A DNA stretch of 64,000 bases from positions 3,968,001 through 4,032,000 of the forward strand of contig OZ245015.1 of NCBI GenBank assembly GCA_965223705.1, read 5' to 3'. The notes below the pieces were generated by a model. It was given only the letters and a program-made list of their open reading frames with translations, was not told where the DNA came from and did not search any database. Source of the stretch: Myxococcota bacterium. Its GTDB lineage: Bacteria; Myxococcota_A; UBA9160; UBA6930. Below are positions 29,673 to 39,596 of this stretch, in pieces; position 1 is the first letter of the stretch, and each line of letters begins with the position of its first letter. Made by a program: the position numbers and the translations under genes.

Positions 29673-31280
29673 TTGGAAGAAGTCGAACTACCGCCGCGCC
29701 TTCTCCTCGTCGCCTACGCCGATGCGATTGCCGCAGCGCTCGGCGACTCCCTCGCGAGGGAAGGTGTCGAGGTCGTTTCATCGCGCTCGGTTTCGGAAGC
29801 CGCCGAAGCGCTCCACGACGGCATGTTCGATGCCACGGTCCTCGCGACGCCCGTTCCGGACGCAGATCTCCTCGCGGCCTGCGCCGCACTCCGTGATCTC
29901 GCAACGGCCCCCCCTCTCCTGCTCATCGACGACGCCGATCATTCAGCTGCCCTTCGCGCACTTCCCGCCGAAATGCGCCCGCATCGTGTTCTGGTCCGCC
30001 CCGTCGAAGCGTCGAAGCTTGTCGCCTCGCTCGGTGAGCTCGCTTCGTCCCCGGACGAGCTCGAACTCGAGCCGCTGCCCACAGGCGAGGTGCTGACGAA
30101 ACTTCTCGGTGAGCTCTCCTCGGGCAAACAGACAGGCGTTCTCCAAATTCGCGGCACGGCGGACGACGTCGTCACGCGAATCTACTTCCAGCGCGGTCGC
30201 CCGGTGAACGCCGAGGGGGGTTCGCTGCGTGAAACCCTCGGCAGAATGCTACTGCGGAAGGGCGAGCTCACAGAAGACGACTACGAACGCGTCATCGATC
30301 GGATGACCGACAGCGTGATCCACAACGAGCACCAGAGAATGGGAGAGGTCTTGGTCGAACTGGGAATCCTCTCCTCCGACGATGTCTACCGCGCGCTCGC
30401 GGAACAGGTCGAAGAGAAGATCGAGGGTTGCTACCGGCGGGGCGATTTCGCGCACGATTTCGAGTGCACGGACGGCCTGCCCGACGGCAGTCAGCCCTTC
30501 GACGTCGCCCCTCTCGAATCCATGGTGCAGCGCGGACTGGCGTTTCACGTGGACGAAGAAGCGGTCGCGGAGGTTTTGCGGGCGAGCCCGGCGCTCCCTG
30601 TTCATCTCGAGCACCCGATCGGCGAGCTGCAGAAGCGCTATCGGTGGTCGGCCGAGAATCGCGCGGTCGTCGAACGTGTCGACGGAGAGCGGACGCTCCC
30701 TGATTTATTGCAAGGGCCACGTGCGGCCTACGTTCTTGCCGCGCTGCTTTGGCTCGGAGATGCGAGTTGCGCCGAGGCGACGTTCCCGGCCCTGCTCCCC
30801 AAAAAGACGCCGGCGCGCCAACCGCTGGCCAAGATTCGACTCAAGCAGGTCACGCATAAGTCGCTGGAAACCCGGCGGGACCCGAAACGCCTTCAGGCCG
30901 AGGGACTGTTTCAGAAAGCGCGCCGATTGCTGGCGGCTGGTGAGCTCTCCGAAGCCGCGGCGACCGCGCGAGAAGCCGTCGCGCTCCAGCCCTCGGAGCC
31001 CGAATACTGCATGCTCGAAGCTTGGGTGCTGTACCGGCAGGGCGGCGACGACCTGCGCCTTCGGCGGGCAAAAGCGGTGGCGGCGGCTCGCAAGGCATCG
31101 ATCGCCGAGCCGCGGGCGAGTTGGCCTCACGAAGTTCTCGGGCAGCTCGCGCTGGACGCCAATGATGCAGAGCTGGCGGTGCGCGAGTTCGAAGCGGCGC
31201 TCGCCTGTGACTCTGGATGTACCGGTGCCCTTGAGGGCCTGAAGAGAGCGAAAACTCTCGCCGAGAGATGGTTGCGCTGA
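29673..31280 (+). CDS. Pseudo-receiver + DUF4388-like + TPR signalling protein
   Basis: REC-like N-terminus lacking the acidic residues; KQTGVLQI..IYFQRGRPV..ETLGRMLLRKG..RMGEVLVELG; C-terminal TPRs. Confidence 0.75.
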   Translation: MEEVELPPRLLLVAYADAIAAALGDSLAREGVEVVSSRSVSEAAEALHDGMFDATVLATPVPDADLLAACAALRDLATAPPLLLIDDADHSAALRALPAEMRPHRVLVRPVEASKLVASLGELASSPDELELEPLPTGEVLTKLLGELSSGKQTGVLQIRGTADDVVTRIYFQRGRPVNAEGGSLRETLGRMLLRKGELTEDDYERVIDRMTDSVIHNEHQRMGEVLVELGILSSDDVYRALAEQVEEKIEGCYRRGDFAHDFECTDGLPDGSQPFDVAPLESMVQRGLAFHVDEEAVAEVLRASPALPVHLEHPIGELQKRYRWSAENRAVVERVDGERTLPDLLQGPRAAYVLAALLWLGDASCAEATFPALLPKKTPARQPLAKIRLKQVTHKSLETRRDPKRLQAEGLFQKARRLLAAGELSEAAATAREAVALQPSEPEYCMLEAWVLYRQGGDDLRLRRAKAVAAARKASIAEPRASWPHEVLGQLALDANDAELAVREFEAALACDSGCTGALEGLKRAKTLAERWLR

Positions 31281-31282
31281 GC

Positions 31283-32344
31283 TCAGCGCATGCGCGCGAT
31301 TACCTCAGTCGCGAACTCATCACACATGGCGTATTGCCGGTGGGCCGGGGCGATGAAGTTGATGCCCGATAGCCCTTCTTCTTCGAGGCTTCGAAGACGC
31401 TCGACAATCTCGTCGGGTTGGCCGGCGATACAGAACGTGCGAATGACGTCAGGCGTGACAAAACGCGCTTCCTCGGGATCGAGGTGACCGTAGTGACTTT
31501 CGTGAGCTTCGGTGAAGGACCGGTCCGCGTCGCGCTTCGTTCGAAACGCGACGTAGTCGTCCCAAATCGCTTGCGCATACGTCGGCGGTTCGACGCCCGT
31601 CTCGCGGAAACGGTCATATAGGAAGTGGAGGTTTACCATGATGGAGGACCCCACCTCGTCGAGAACGCGCTCCGATGTGAGCTCCTCGCCCGGTTTGAGC
31701 AGGAGCAGGTTCACCAACCCAAAGACCTCGAACCCCGCGAGCGTGCGCTGCGATTCTTCCGCGCCAGCTCGTACGTTCGCTAGCGCTTCGGTAATTGACC
31801 CGCCGCGGGGGATGCCTGTAATCAGCGCGTCTCCGTACTGGCCGGCCAGCTCCTGAGCGCGTCGCCCGAAGCCACCGACGTGGATCGGAATCGAGTCCTC
31901 GAGATGAATGTGACCGAGTTCCAGGCTCTGGAAGGCGATGCGTTCGTGAATCCCATTCGCCTCGTAGTCGACGCTCTCGCCCCGCAACAACCCGCGAATG
32001 ACGCGCAGATGCGATTCGAAATCCGCAACGCGCATCGGGCGCTGGCCCATGGCGCGCATCGCGGTATTACCGGTGCCGAGGCCCAAGAACGTTCGCCCGG
32101 GCGCGATGGCGTTGATGGTAGCGATGCCGTTCGCGGTGACCGGCGCCATGCGTAGCGCTGGAATCGCGACTCCCGGGCCGACAGAGATTCGCTCGGTTCG
32201 ATCGGCCACGAGTGCGAGCACCGCCCACAGATTCGAGCGGATCATCGGGCTGTCCCACACCCAACAAAAGTCATAGCCCGCTCGCTCAGCGCGAACGGCG
32301 AGATCCACCTCGCGAATTTGGCTGACCGTGATACCGAATTTCAT
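31283..32344 (-). CDS. LLM-class (Mer-like) oxidoreductase
   Basis: AERAGYDFCWVWDS, TERISVGPGV, APGRTFLGLGTGNTA. Confidence 0.88.
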   Translation of the reverse strand: MKFGITVSQIREVDLAVRAERAGYDFCWVWDSPMIRSNLWAVLALVADRTERISVGPGVAIPALRMAPVTANGIATINAIAPGRTFLGLGTGNTAMRAMGQRPMRVADFESHLRVIRGLLRGESVDYEANGIHERIAFQSLELGHIHLEDSIPIHVGGFGRRAQELAGQYGDALITGIPRGGSITEALANVRAGAEESQRTLAGFEVFGLVNLLLLKPGEELTSERVLDEVGSSIMVNLHFLYDRFRETGVEPPTYAQAIWDDYVAFRTKRDADRSFTEAHESHYGHLDPEEARFVTPDVIRTFCIAGQPDEIVERLRSLEEEGLSGINFIAPAHRQYAMCDEFATEVIARMR

Positions 32345-32351
32345 GGTTGCG

Positions 32352-33242
32352 CTACCGACCCCGTCCGAGCGTTTTGGCAAGCCTGCGATATTCGTCGGCC
32401 CAAACCGAGGTCGGGCGCCACGCGAGCCCCAGAGTCCGGTGGGGCACCGGCCGAACGAACGGCACGATCATAACGCCCCGGGTCCGCCCCTCCCTCGCAA
32501 GCGATATCTCGGGAAGCAGCGTGATACCGACGCCGCTCGCGACCATCTGCACCAACGTCGGGAGGCTCGTCGCCCGAAACGCTTCTCGCTCGCCGCTTTC
32601 TCGCGCCCAGCGACACACGGAGAGCACTTGGTCTCGAAGACAGTGACCGTCCGACAGAAGCAGAAGATCTTCCTGTTCGAGATCGCTCTCACGCAGCCAC
32701 TTCCGCGATGACAACGGGTGCGTCTCGGGCAAGACGACCGAGAATGCGTCGCTCGTCACGGGCTCGGTTTCGAGACCCTGAAGACCCGCTTCAAGGGCCA
32801 GGAGCAGCACGTCGAGTCTCCCTGCTTGAATCTCTGCTACGAGAGACTCGGTCTGTGCTTCGACGATTTCGATCGAGATGTCGGAGTACGCGGACCGGAT
32901 CTTCGGGATCGCTGTTGGCAGCAGGTACGGAGCGACGGTCGGAATGACGCCCAGCCGCAGTCGACCCGAAAAGGGTTTCCCCCAGCCACGTGCGGCTTCC
33001 TCCAGAGCCCGCGCGTCCGCGAGGAGAGCCCGCGCGCGGGACACGAGGGCTTGCCCAGCGGCAGTGAGCGCGACGGGCTTGCTGCGCTCAAACAGCACTG
33101 TGCCAAGAGCGCTCTCGAGCTGGCGCACCTGAAGACTCAACCCGGGCTGGGTGACCGCACACGCGGCGGCGGCCGCGCGGAAGCTTCCGTGATCGGCAAC
33201 CGCGACCACGTATTCGAGTTGGCGCAAGGTGGGTGCGATCAA
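32352..33242 (-). CDS. oxyR: Hydrogen peroxide-sensing LysR regulator OxyR
   Basis: LysR HTH (TLRQLEY..VTQPGLS), GVIPTVAPYLLP, DGHCLRDQVLSVC with both redox Cys, ATSLPTLVQMV; divergent from dps. Confidence 0.9.
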   Translation of the reverse strand: MIAPTLRQLEYVVAVADHGSFRAAAAACAVTQPGLSLQVRQLESALGTVLFERSKPVALTAAGQALVSRARALLADARALEEAARGWGKPFSGRLRLGVIPTVAPYLLPTAIPKIRSAYSDISIEIVEAQTESLVAEIQAGRLDVLLLALEAGLQGLETEPVTSDAFSVVLPETHPLSSRKWLRESDLEQEDLLLLSDGHCLRDQVLSVCRWARESGEREAFRATSLPTLVQMVASGVGITLLPEISLAREGRTRGVMIVPFVRPVPHRTLGLAWRPTSVWADEYRRLAKTLGRGR

Positions 33243-33243
33243 T

Positions 33244-33280
33244 ATAACTAATCATTATATAAAACTTATGATCAATCAAT
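33244..33280. promoter_or_regulatory. Probable OxyR operator in the AT-rich oxyR-dps divergent promoter
   Basis: ATAA-N7-TTAT-N7-TTAT-N7-CAAT resembles the ATAG-N7-CTAT-N7-ATAG-N7-CTAT consensus; by eye the most AT-rich stretch of the window. Confidence 0.65.
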
Positions 33281-33355
33281 TGGACTAATATTACCAGATT
33301 GCCGATTCTTTCTTCATAGGGTCGATAACCGAGTCGATTGAGAAGAAAGGAAGCC

Positions 33356-33805
33356 ATGTCGGATCGCAACACGAAAGAGATCACGGATACCCTGAGCCAC
33401 CTCTTGGCGGACAGCTACACCCTGTACTTGAAGACGCACAACTATCATTGGAACGTCACCGGGCCGATGTTCACCACATTGCACACGCTCTTCGAGACGG
33501 AGTACACCGAGCTCGCTTTGGCCGTCGACGAGATCGCGGAGCGGATCCGCGCCGTCGGAGCGCCGGCGCCGGGGACCTACCGGGAATTCGCAGAGCTGTC
33601 CTCCATCGCCGAGGACACTGAGACTCCGGACGCGAAAACCATGATCCGGAATCTCGTGGCGGATCAAGAAACCGTTGCGAGCGCCGCGAGACGCGTCATT
33701 GAAGCTGCTGAGGCAGCGGGGGACCAGGCGAGTGCCGACCTCGGTGTGCGCCGAATCGAGGTCCACGAAAAAAACGCCTGGATGCTGCGAAGCCACCTCG
33801 AATAA
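33356..33805 (+). CDS. dps: DNA-binding ferritin-like protein Dps
   Basis: KTHNYHWNVTGPMFTTLHTLFE, DEIAERI, HEKNAWML. Confidence 0.95.
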   Translation: MSDRNTKEITDTLSHLLADSYTLYLKTHNYHWNVTGPMFTTLHTLFETEYTELALAVDEIAERIRAVGAPAPGTYREFAELSSIAEDTETPDAKTMIRNLVADQETVASAARRVIEAAEAAGDQASADLGVRRIEVHEKNAWMLRSHLE

Positions 33806-33892
33806 ACGAGGACGAAGCGAATTACGGTAGGCTCCCGCGCCGACCAGCGGCTAGCGAGCAGTCGCTGATGCATCGCGTGCGATACTTCCCAC

Positions 33893-35728
33893 ATGGAATG
33901 GGTATCGCGCGCGATCGACTGGGCGAACCAGAATGAAGGGCTCCTCCAAGCCTTGGCGATGCTGGGCGGGATCGCGGCCTTGCTCATTTCCCTGAAGCAT
34001 CAGCGCGATGAAGCTGCCGCACGCGCTCAGGCGGAGCAAGTAGTGCCTTCGCAGTTGATCGTGCGACCGCGACCCGAGGATGTCGACACGCTGACCGCGA
34101 TCGCCAGCGGTTTCGGTGGTGTTGAGACCCGGGCTGACGACGACATAGTCGCGGTCTTTGCGGACGCGGACGAAGCCGCGCGCGCCGCGCTCCGGATTCA
34201 ATCTCGATTCGGTGGAACAGGGCGCGAGATTTTGCTCCTCGAGCGATCGGCACCGATCCCCTTGACGCGAGATGATTGCCAGGGCGCCGTACGAGCGACC
34301 GCCGGGATCCGGAGGGCTTTGCGCGATGCCAAGGATCTTCGCGTCCGCGAACAAGGTCCCGCTGCCTTTCCGTTTGTCGTCCGAGCCGCGACGCCGGTGG
34401 ACGCGCTTCGACCCTGGCTCCTGCCGACCATGGGACTTGCCCTACTCATCGCAGGTTTGGTGTGGCTCGGCTCGGCCCACCCTCGACGGTTCGAAGGATT
34501 CTCTGGCCCCGCAATCGCCGTCCTTCCTTTCCATAATCTGAGTGGCGACCCCGAGCAGGACTTGTTGGCGCGTGGCTTGGTGGAGGACCTCACCACGCGC
34601 CTCGCGCGGTGGCGGCACTTCCCGGTCATCGGACGAAACTCGATCGTCGAGTTCGCAACACAGGAGCCGGAGCGTCACGCCGGCGCTGTTCGGGAGCAAC
34701 TGGGCGCGGACTATTTTGTGGAGGGCAGTATTCGGCGCGCTGCAGACGTGGTTCGAATCACCGCAAAGCTTGTCGAGGTACGTTCGAGGAGTCACGTCTG
34801 GGCTGAAACCTACGATCGGCCGTACGGCGCGCTCCTCGCGATCCAAGACGAAATCAGCCAAGCGATCGCCGCGACACTGATTTCGAACCTGGGGGAGCTC
34901 GAGGGCCGCCGAGCGTCGCTGCAAAACCCGGAAGACCTGGACGCCTGGAGCAATACCCAACGGGGGTGGTGGCACTTCTACCGTGAGACGCCAGAAGACA
35001 ACGCGCTCGCTCGAGAGTTTTTCGAGCGGGCGATCGAGCAGGATCCGTCATGGGGTCAACCTCACGCCGGCGTGTCCCTGACTCACTATAAAGATCGCGC
35101 CCATCTCTGGAGCGACGCTCCGGGTCAGTCTCTCGACCGACTTGTCGCGTTCGCCCGACGCGCGGTCGAGATCGATGGGAACGACGCGTCCGCCCACCAC
35201 GCGTTAGGTCACGCCTACGCGATGTCGGGCCTGACGGGACGCATGATCGGGGCCTTCGCGCGCAGCGTAGAGATCAACCCGAGCGATCCCATGGCGAACA
35301 ATTGCCTAGGAGCACATCTCGGACACGTCGGAGAGACCGATCGAGCGATTGGGCACCTGCGACGAGCATTGGACCTGAGTCCCCAGGATCCGCGCGCTCC
35401 GCTGTTCCTGACCAATCTTGCGTCCGCCTATTTTTCGGCCGGTGAGTACGAGGGTGCTTTGAAATGGGCCGAAAAGAGCATCGCGCGACAGCCGGGTACG
35501 AATGCCTACCAGATCCTTGTCGCGAGCTTGGCGTACTTGAACCGCCTCGAAGATGCCGAGACGGCGCTGGTAGAACTCACGCGCCTCTATCCCAACTTGT
35601 CCCCTGCAGCCATTCGCCAGTATTACGCCGCGGCTAGGCCCGAACATGCTACGCGAGTCATCGAGGGCTTGAAACTCGCCGGCTGGATCCCCCCCAAAGA
35701 TTCAGGCGGCGTGTATCCTCAAATGTAA
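33893..35728 (+). CDS. Membrane protein with degenerate adenylate-cyclase-like domain, TolB-like domain and TPRs
   Basis: DDIVAVFADADEAARAALRIQ cyclase remnant, TM segment, IAVLPFHNLSGDPEQ, EGSIRRAADVVRITAKL, TPRs. Confidence 0.75.
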   Translation: MEWVSRAIDWANQNEGLLQALAMLGGIAALLISLKHQRDEAAARAQAEQVVPSQLIVRPRPEDVDTLTAIASGFGGVETRADDDIVAVFADADEAARAALRIQSRFGGTGREILLLERSAPIPLTRDDCQGAVRATAGIRRALRDAKDLRVREQGPAAFPFVVRAATPVDALRPWLLPTMGLALLIAGLVWLGSAHPRRFEGFSGPAIAVLPFHNLSGDPEQDLLARGLVEDLTTRLARWRHFPVIGRNSIVEFATQEPERHAGAVREQLGADYFVEGSIRRAADVVRITAKLVEVRSRSHVWAETYDRPYGALLAIQDEISQAIAATLISNLGELEGRRASLQNPEDLDAWSNTQRGWWHFYRETPEDNALAREFFERAIEQDPSWGQPHAGVSLTHYKDRAHLWSDAPGQSLDRLVAFARRAVEIDGNDASAHHALGHAYAMSGLTGRMIGAFARSVEINPSDPMANNCLGAHLGHVGETDRAIGHLRRALDLSPQDPRAPLFLTNLASAYFSAGEYEGALKWAEKSIARQPGTNAYQILVASLAYLNRLEDAETALVELTRLYPNLSPAAIRQYYAAARPEHATRVIEGLKLAGWIPPKDSGGVYPQM

Positions 35729-35759
35729 GATCGTCACACACGAACCAACGGGAGGCCCC

Positions 35760-36212
35760 ATGAAACTCGCGACCGTCGTAGCGATAGTGTTTGCAGCGAT
35801 CTCCTCACAAGCCAGCGATGTCGACGATGTGAATACCGCCGCGGACCGCCTCCGCGCTGCGTTCAATGAAAACAGCGCAGAGGCAGCGGTGCTCTTCGCG
35901 TCTGAGAATTTCCTCGGCTTCTTCGACCCCGTCCCCGTGTTGAACTCCGGCGAAGCCGGGTTCAAGCAGTTCCTCGGCGGGCAGTTCGAATTCACAGAAA
36001 AGGTCCAAATGATTCCCACCGGACCACGAACAACCCGCGTCACGGGCTCGACCGCGGTCATCGCCCAAGGTGAGCTGTTTTTCTGGAAGCCGATCGACGG
36101 CGGAGCGGAGTCGATGTTTACCAACTCACTTCAGACATGGACCAAGACTCCCGAAGGTTGGTTGCTCACCGGTTGGATGACGACCAGGCTGCCCCACGGC
36201 TCGGCTCCCTGA
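35760..36212 (+). CDS. Exported NTF2-like (DUF4440-like) protein
   Basis: Signal peptide, GSTAVI, QTWTKTPEGWLL. Confidence 0.6.
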   Translation: MKLATVVAIVFAAISSQASDVDDVNTAADRLRAAFNENSAEAAVLFASENFLGFFDPVPVLNSGEAGFKQFLGGQFEFTEKVQMIPTGPRTTRVTGSTAVIAQGELFFWKPIDGGAESMFTNSLQTWTKTPEGWLLTGWMTTRLPHGSAP

Positions 36213-36222
36213 CCGTCGAGCC

Positions 36223-36504
36223 ATGAAAACGCTTCCGCCTGACGCCGTTCCCTACAAGCGAACCACCGAATTTACGGAAGCCACGGTTCCAGCGGGCCTC
36301 CGACAAGGTCATCAAACGCGAGCTTCGGTGTGGGGCCGCATCCAGGTGATCTCGGGGTCTCTGCTCTACCGTATTCTCGAGGAGCCCACGGGCGAGTACG
36401 TTCTCGACTCATCGAAGAGTGGCGTGATCGAACCGGAGGTCACACACGAGATCGAGTTGCGGGGTCCAGTGCGCTTCTACATCGAGTTTCTGCGAAGCCC
36501 GTAG
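36223..36504 (+). CDS. DUF1971 / YeaR-TehB N-terminal-like cupin protein
   Basis: YKRTTEFTEATVPAGL..HQTRASVWGRIQV..GVIEPEVTHEI..FYIEF. Confidence 0.85.
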   Translation: MKTLPPDAVPYKRTTEFTEATVPAGLRQGHQTRASVWGRIQVISGSLLYRILEEPTGEYVLDSSKSGVIEPEVTHEIELRGPVRFYIEFLRSP

Positions 36505-36507
36505 GCA

Positions 36508-37188
36508 ATGCGACAACTCGATGCGGATCTATGGGTAGGGGAGTCACCGCTTCGATTCGCGGGGCTTTCAATCGGGGCGCGGATGACGGTGGTGCGACTT
36601 CCCGACGACGAGCTGTGGGTGCACTCGCCGATTCCCTTGACGGACGCACTCTTCGGCGAGGTGGCGTCGTTGGGGCGCGTCTCGCACCTGGTGGCGCCGA
36701 ACCGCTTTCACCATTTGTCCGTGTCCTCCTGGCGTGATGCGTTCCCCGAAGCGGTTGTACACGTGGCGCCCGATCTACTGGATAAACGCCCGGATCTCGC
36801 AGCTGCCAAGGTGCTCGACGAAGCCAGCCGCGCGTCTTGGTCGGGCGGACTCGAACAAGTCGTCGTGCAAGGGATGCCCCTCATCAACGAAGTCGTGTTC
36901 TTCCACGCATCGTCCACCACGCTCATCGCAACGGATCTCGCTTTCAATATTGGATCGACCAGCCCTCCCCTCACGCGCGCGGTGTTTCGCTTCATCGGCT
37001 CCTACGGTCGTTTGTCGCCTTCGTTCGTCGAACGGGTGCTGGTTCGAGATCGAGCTGCGTTCCGAAAGTCGCTCGAACAGATACTCTCGTGGCCCTTCGA
37101 GCGCGTCATCGTCGCCCACGGCGGGGTATCCGAAACGGGAGGACGCAGCGAGCTCGAACGCGGCTACGCATGGGTGCTCGAGAAATAA
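36508..37188 (+). CDS. DUF4336 protein (metallo-beta-lactamase-like fold)
   Basis: RMTVVRL..LWVHSP, VAPNRFHHL, EVVFFH..TLIATDL, VIVAHG. Confidence 0.85.
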   Translation: MRQLDADLWVGESPLRFAGLSIGARMTVVRLPDDELWVHSPIPLTDALFGEVASLGRVSHLVAPNRFHHLSVSSWRDAFPEAVVHVAPDLLDKRPDLAAAKVLDEASRASWSGGLEQVVVQGMPLINEVVFFHASSTTLIATDLAFNIGSTSPPLTRAVFRFIGSYGRLSPSFVERVLVRDRAAFRKSLEQILSWPFERVIVAHGGVSETGGRSELERGYAWVLEK

Positions 37189-37934
37189 TGCCCAGGGTCC
37201 TCGTCTTTCAGCACGTCGCTTACGAGCCTCTGTGTACCTTGAATCCACTGTTGAAGAGTTACGGGCTCCGCATCAAATACGTCAACTTCAGTCGCGACCG
37301 AGACGCGCGGCCGGCGGTAGAGAACTACGACGGGCTGGTCGTCCTCGGTGGGCCGATGAGCGTGGACGACACCGACGCATTTCCCCACCTCCGCTTCGAA
37401 CTCGAGCAGATCGAAGAAGCGATGCGACGCGAGCTGCCCGTTCTCGGCGTATGCCTGGGTTCCCAATTGATCGCTAAATCACTCGGCGCACGCGTGATGG
37501 CGAACGCGATCAAGGAGATCGGTTGGTATGACCTGGTACCGACCGAAGCGGGGAAGACCGACCCTATGTTTCAACATTTCTCGGAAACGGAAAAAGTGTT
37601 CCAGTGGCACGGCGACACGTTCCAGTTACCCGCGGGTTGCGTTCACCTCGCCCAAGGATCGACGTGTGCGAATCAGGCGTTTCGCTACGCCGAGAACGTG
37701 TACGGTCTGCAGTTTCACATGGAGGTCGACGAGCCCATGATCGGACGGTGGCTCGACAACCCGGCCCTTGCCGGAGAAATCGCCGGCGAGGGGGGGCGCA
37801 TCGACCCCGCCGAGATCCGGCGACAAACGCCGCGACACATCGGGCGCTTGCGGCAACTGAGTGACGCGGCGTTCAGCGAGTTCGCCGAGATGTTTGGCCC
37901 GGTGCGGCGACGCGCTCCGCACCCTCACGGCTAG
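37188..37934 (+). CDS. Class I glutamine amidotransferase
   Basis: VLGGPMS, LGVCLGSQL, FQWHGDTF, GLQFHME. Confidence 0.9.
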   Translation: MPRVLVFQHVAYEPLCTLNPLLKSYGLRIKYVNFSRDRDARPAVENYDGLVVLGGPMSVDDTDAFPHLRFELEQIEEAMRRELPVLGVCLGSQLIAKSLGARVMANAIKEIGWYDLVPTEAGKTDPMFQHFSETEKVFQWHGDTFQLPAGCVHLAQGSTCANQAFRYAENVYGLQFHMEVDEPMIGRWLDNPALAGEIAGEGGRIDPAEIRRQTPRHIGRLRQLSDAAFSEFAEMFGPVRRRAPHPHG

Positions 37935-37973
37935 CTCGCGCGCTCGCCACGATCACTGGTAGGCTTCGGCGCG

Positions 37974-39557
37974 ATGTCTCTCCTCGGTTGGTCGTGGTTG
38001 TTCCTCACCTTTTATGTCGGCGCGATGCTCGGCTTCGGGTGGTACGCGAGTCAGCGGGTCCGCGATGCCGACGATTTCGCTACGGCGCGCGGCGCCTACG
38101 GACCCGGTTTTCTCGCGCTGGCGTTCGCGGCGAGTACCGCGAGCGGGGCGACGTTTCTCGGTAGCCCGGGCCTGGGGTACAAGTACGGCGTCGCGTCGAT
38201 GTGGAGCAAGTTCCTGTATCCCGCCGGCGTCTACCTGGGCGTTCTTATTTCGATCCGTTTGGTGGCATCGGCGGGCAACGCGTTCGGGAACCGATCGATC
38301 CCCGAATACTTGGGAGATCGGTACCAAAGCGACGGTGTTCGGATCCTTGTCTCTCTCCTTTCTCTCGTCCTCTTTTTCTATATCGCTGGTCAACTCGTCT
38401 CCGGCCTCGTGATGTTCGAAACGATGCTCGGGCTCGAACCCATCGCAGCGCTCGCCATCACGACGGCGGTACTCCTGATCTACGTCGTTCTAGGCGGTGC
38501 GCACGCGGACATCCTGACCGATGGTGTGCAGGGCTTCATGATGCTGCTCGTCGCGGTTGTGACGATCGGGCTTTTTGTAACGGGTTTCGGTGTGGACGGT
38601 GGAATCGGCTCTCTGCTGCCACGCTTGGCGACTCTCGACGAGGATCTGACGGGCCTTCTCAACACCTCGACGCCGCTCTATCACTCGTGGTGGTCCATTG
38701 TCTGCGTGCCGCTCGCGTGTATTCCCCTCGGCATGCTGCCGCACGTAGGCAATAAAGTTTGGGCTCTTCGGAACGATCGAGACCGCGGCCGTTTCGTCAA
38801 ACTCGCCTTTGGCGTCGGACTGGCGCTGGGCCTGATGGGGCTCGGGGGGATTCTCGCGCGCGCTGTGCTGGGCGACGTCCTTCTCGAGGCGGGTCGGAGC
38901 GCGAACGAGGCGTTGCCGCAACTGTTCATCGCTCTTTTCCCGACCTGGCTAGCCGCCCTGGTCGGCGTCGGCATCTTGGCGGCGATCATGTCGACGGCCG
39001 ATGGCCTCGTGGTCTCGTCATCCCAAGTGATCGCGAACGATCTGTATCGACGCTCTTACGTACCTCGCTTCCGCCCGGAGCTTTCGGAGGAGGAAGTCGA
39101 TCGACGCGTCCTCCGAATCTCGCGTGTGAGCACCGCCGTCACGCTCGTGGGATGCGCCGCACTCGCGTGGGCACTCATGGATATGAACATCGCCCTGTTG
39201 GTGTGGGTCGGTGCCGGAGGCCTGATGGCGGCGTTTGCCGGTCCCTTGGTGGTCGGCGCCCTGTGGCGCGGCGTTACCCGAGCCGGCGCCTTCGCGGGGC
39301 TGATCGCGGGAATGGGCACGTTCGTCGTGTTACACGGTCAGGTCCTCGAGCCCGCCTGGTTCGGTCCGGCGGAACCCGTCGTGGACTGGCTGCGCGGTGA
39401 AGGGCCCAATCCCTACTCCTGTGCGGCGCTCGGCGAGATCGCCTCGGTCGCGGCGACCTGGTCGATCTCCCTCGTGACGCGTCCGCTCGATCAGACCCAC
39501 ATACACCGGATGTTCGGCGAACCGAAAATGCGCCCTTCTGCAACCGGTACGGGTTAG
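37974..39557 (+). CDS. Sodium:solute symporter family protein
   Basis: ASTASGATFLGSPG, SIPEYLGDRY, TDGVQG, AAIMSTADG; many TM helices. Confidence 0.9.
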   Translation: MSLLGWSWLFLTFYVGAMLGFGWYASQRVRDADDFATARGAYGPGFLALAFAASTASGATFLGSPGLGYKYGVASMWSKFLYPAGVYLGVLISIRLVASAGNAFGNRSIPEYLGDRYQSDGVRILVSLLSLVLFFYIAGQLVSGLVMFETMLGLEPIAALAITTAVLLIYVVLGGAHADILTDGVQGFMMLLVAVVTIGLFVTGFGVDGGIGSLLPRLATLDEDLTGLLNTSTPLYHSWWSIVCVPLACIPLGMLPHVGNKVWALRNDRDRGRFVKLAFGVGLALGLMGLGGILARAVLGDVLLEAGRSANEALPQLFIALFPTWLAALVGVGILAAIMSTADGLVVSSSQVIANDLYRRSYVPRFRPELSEEEVDRRVLRISRVSTAVTLVGCAALAWALMDMNIALLVWVGAGGLMAAFAGPLVVGALWRGVTRAGAFAGLIAGMGTFVVLHGQVLEPAWFGPAEPVVDWLRGEGPNPYSCAALGEIASVAATWSISLVTRPLDQTHIHRMFGEPKMRPSATGTG

Positions 39558-39596
39558 GGTATCCGGAAGCACCGTGGGTGCAGGAGGAGAAGAACG

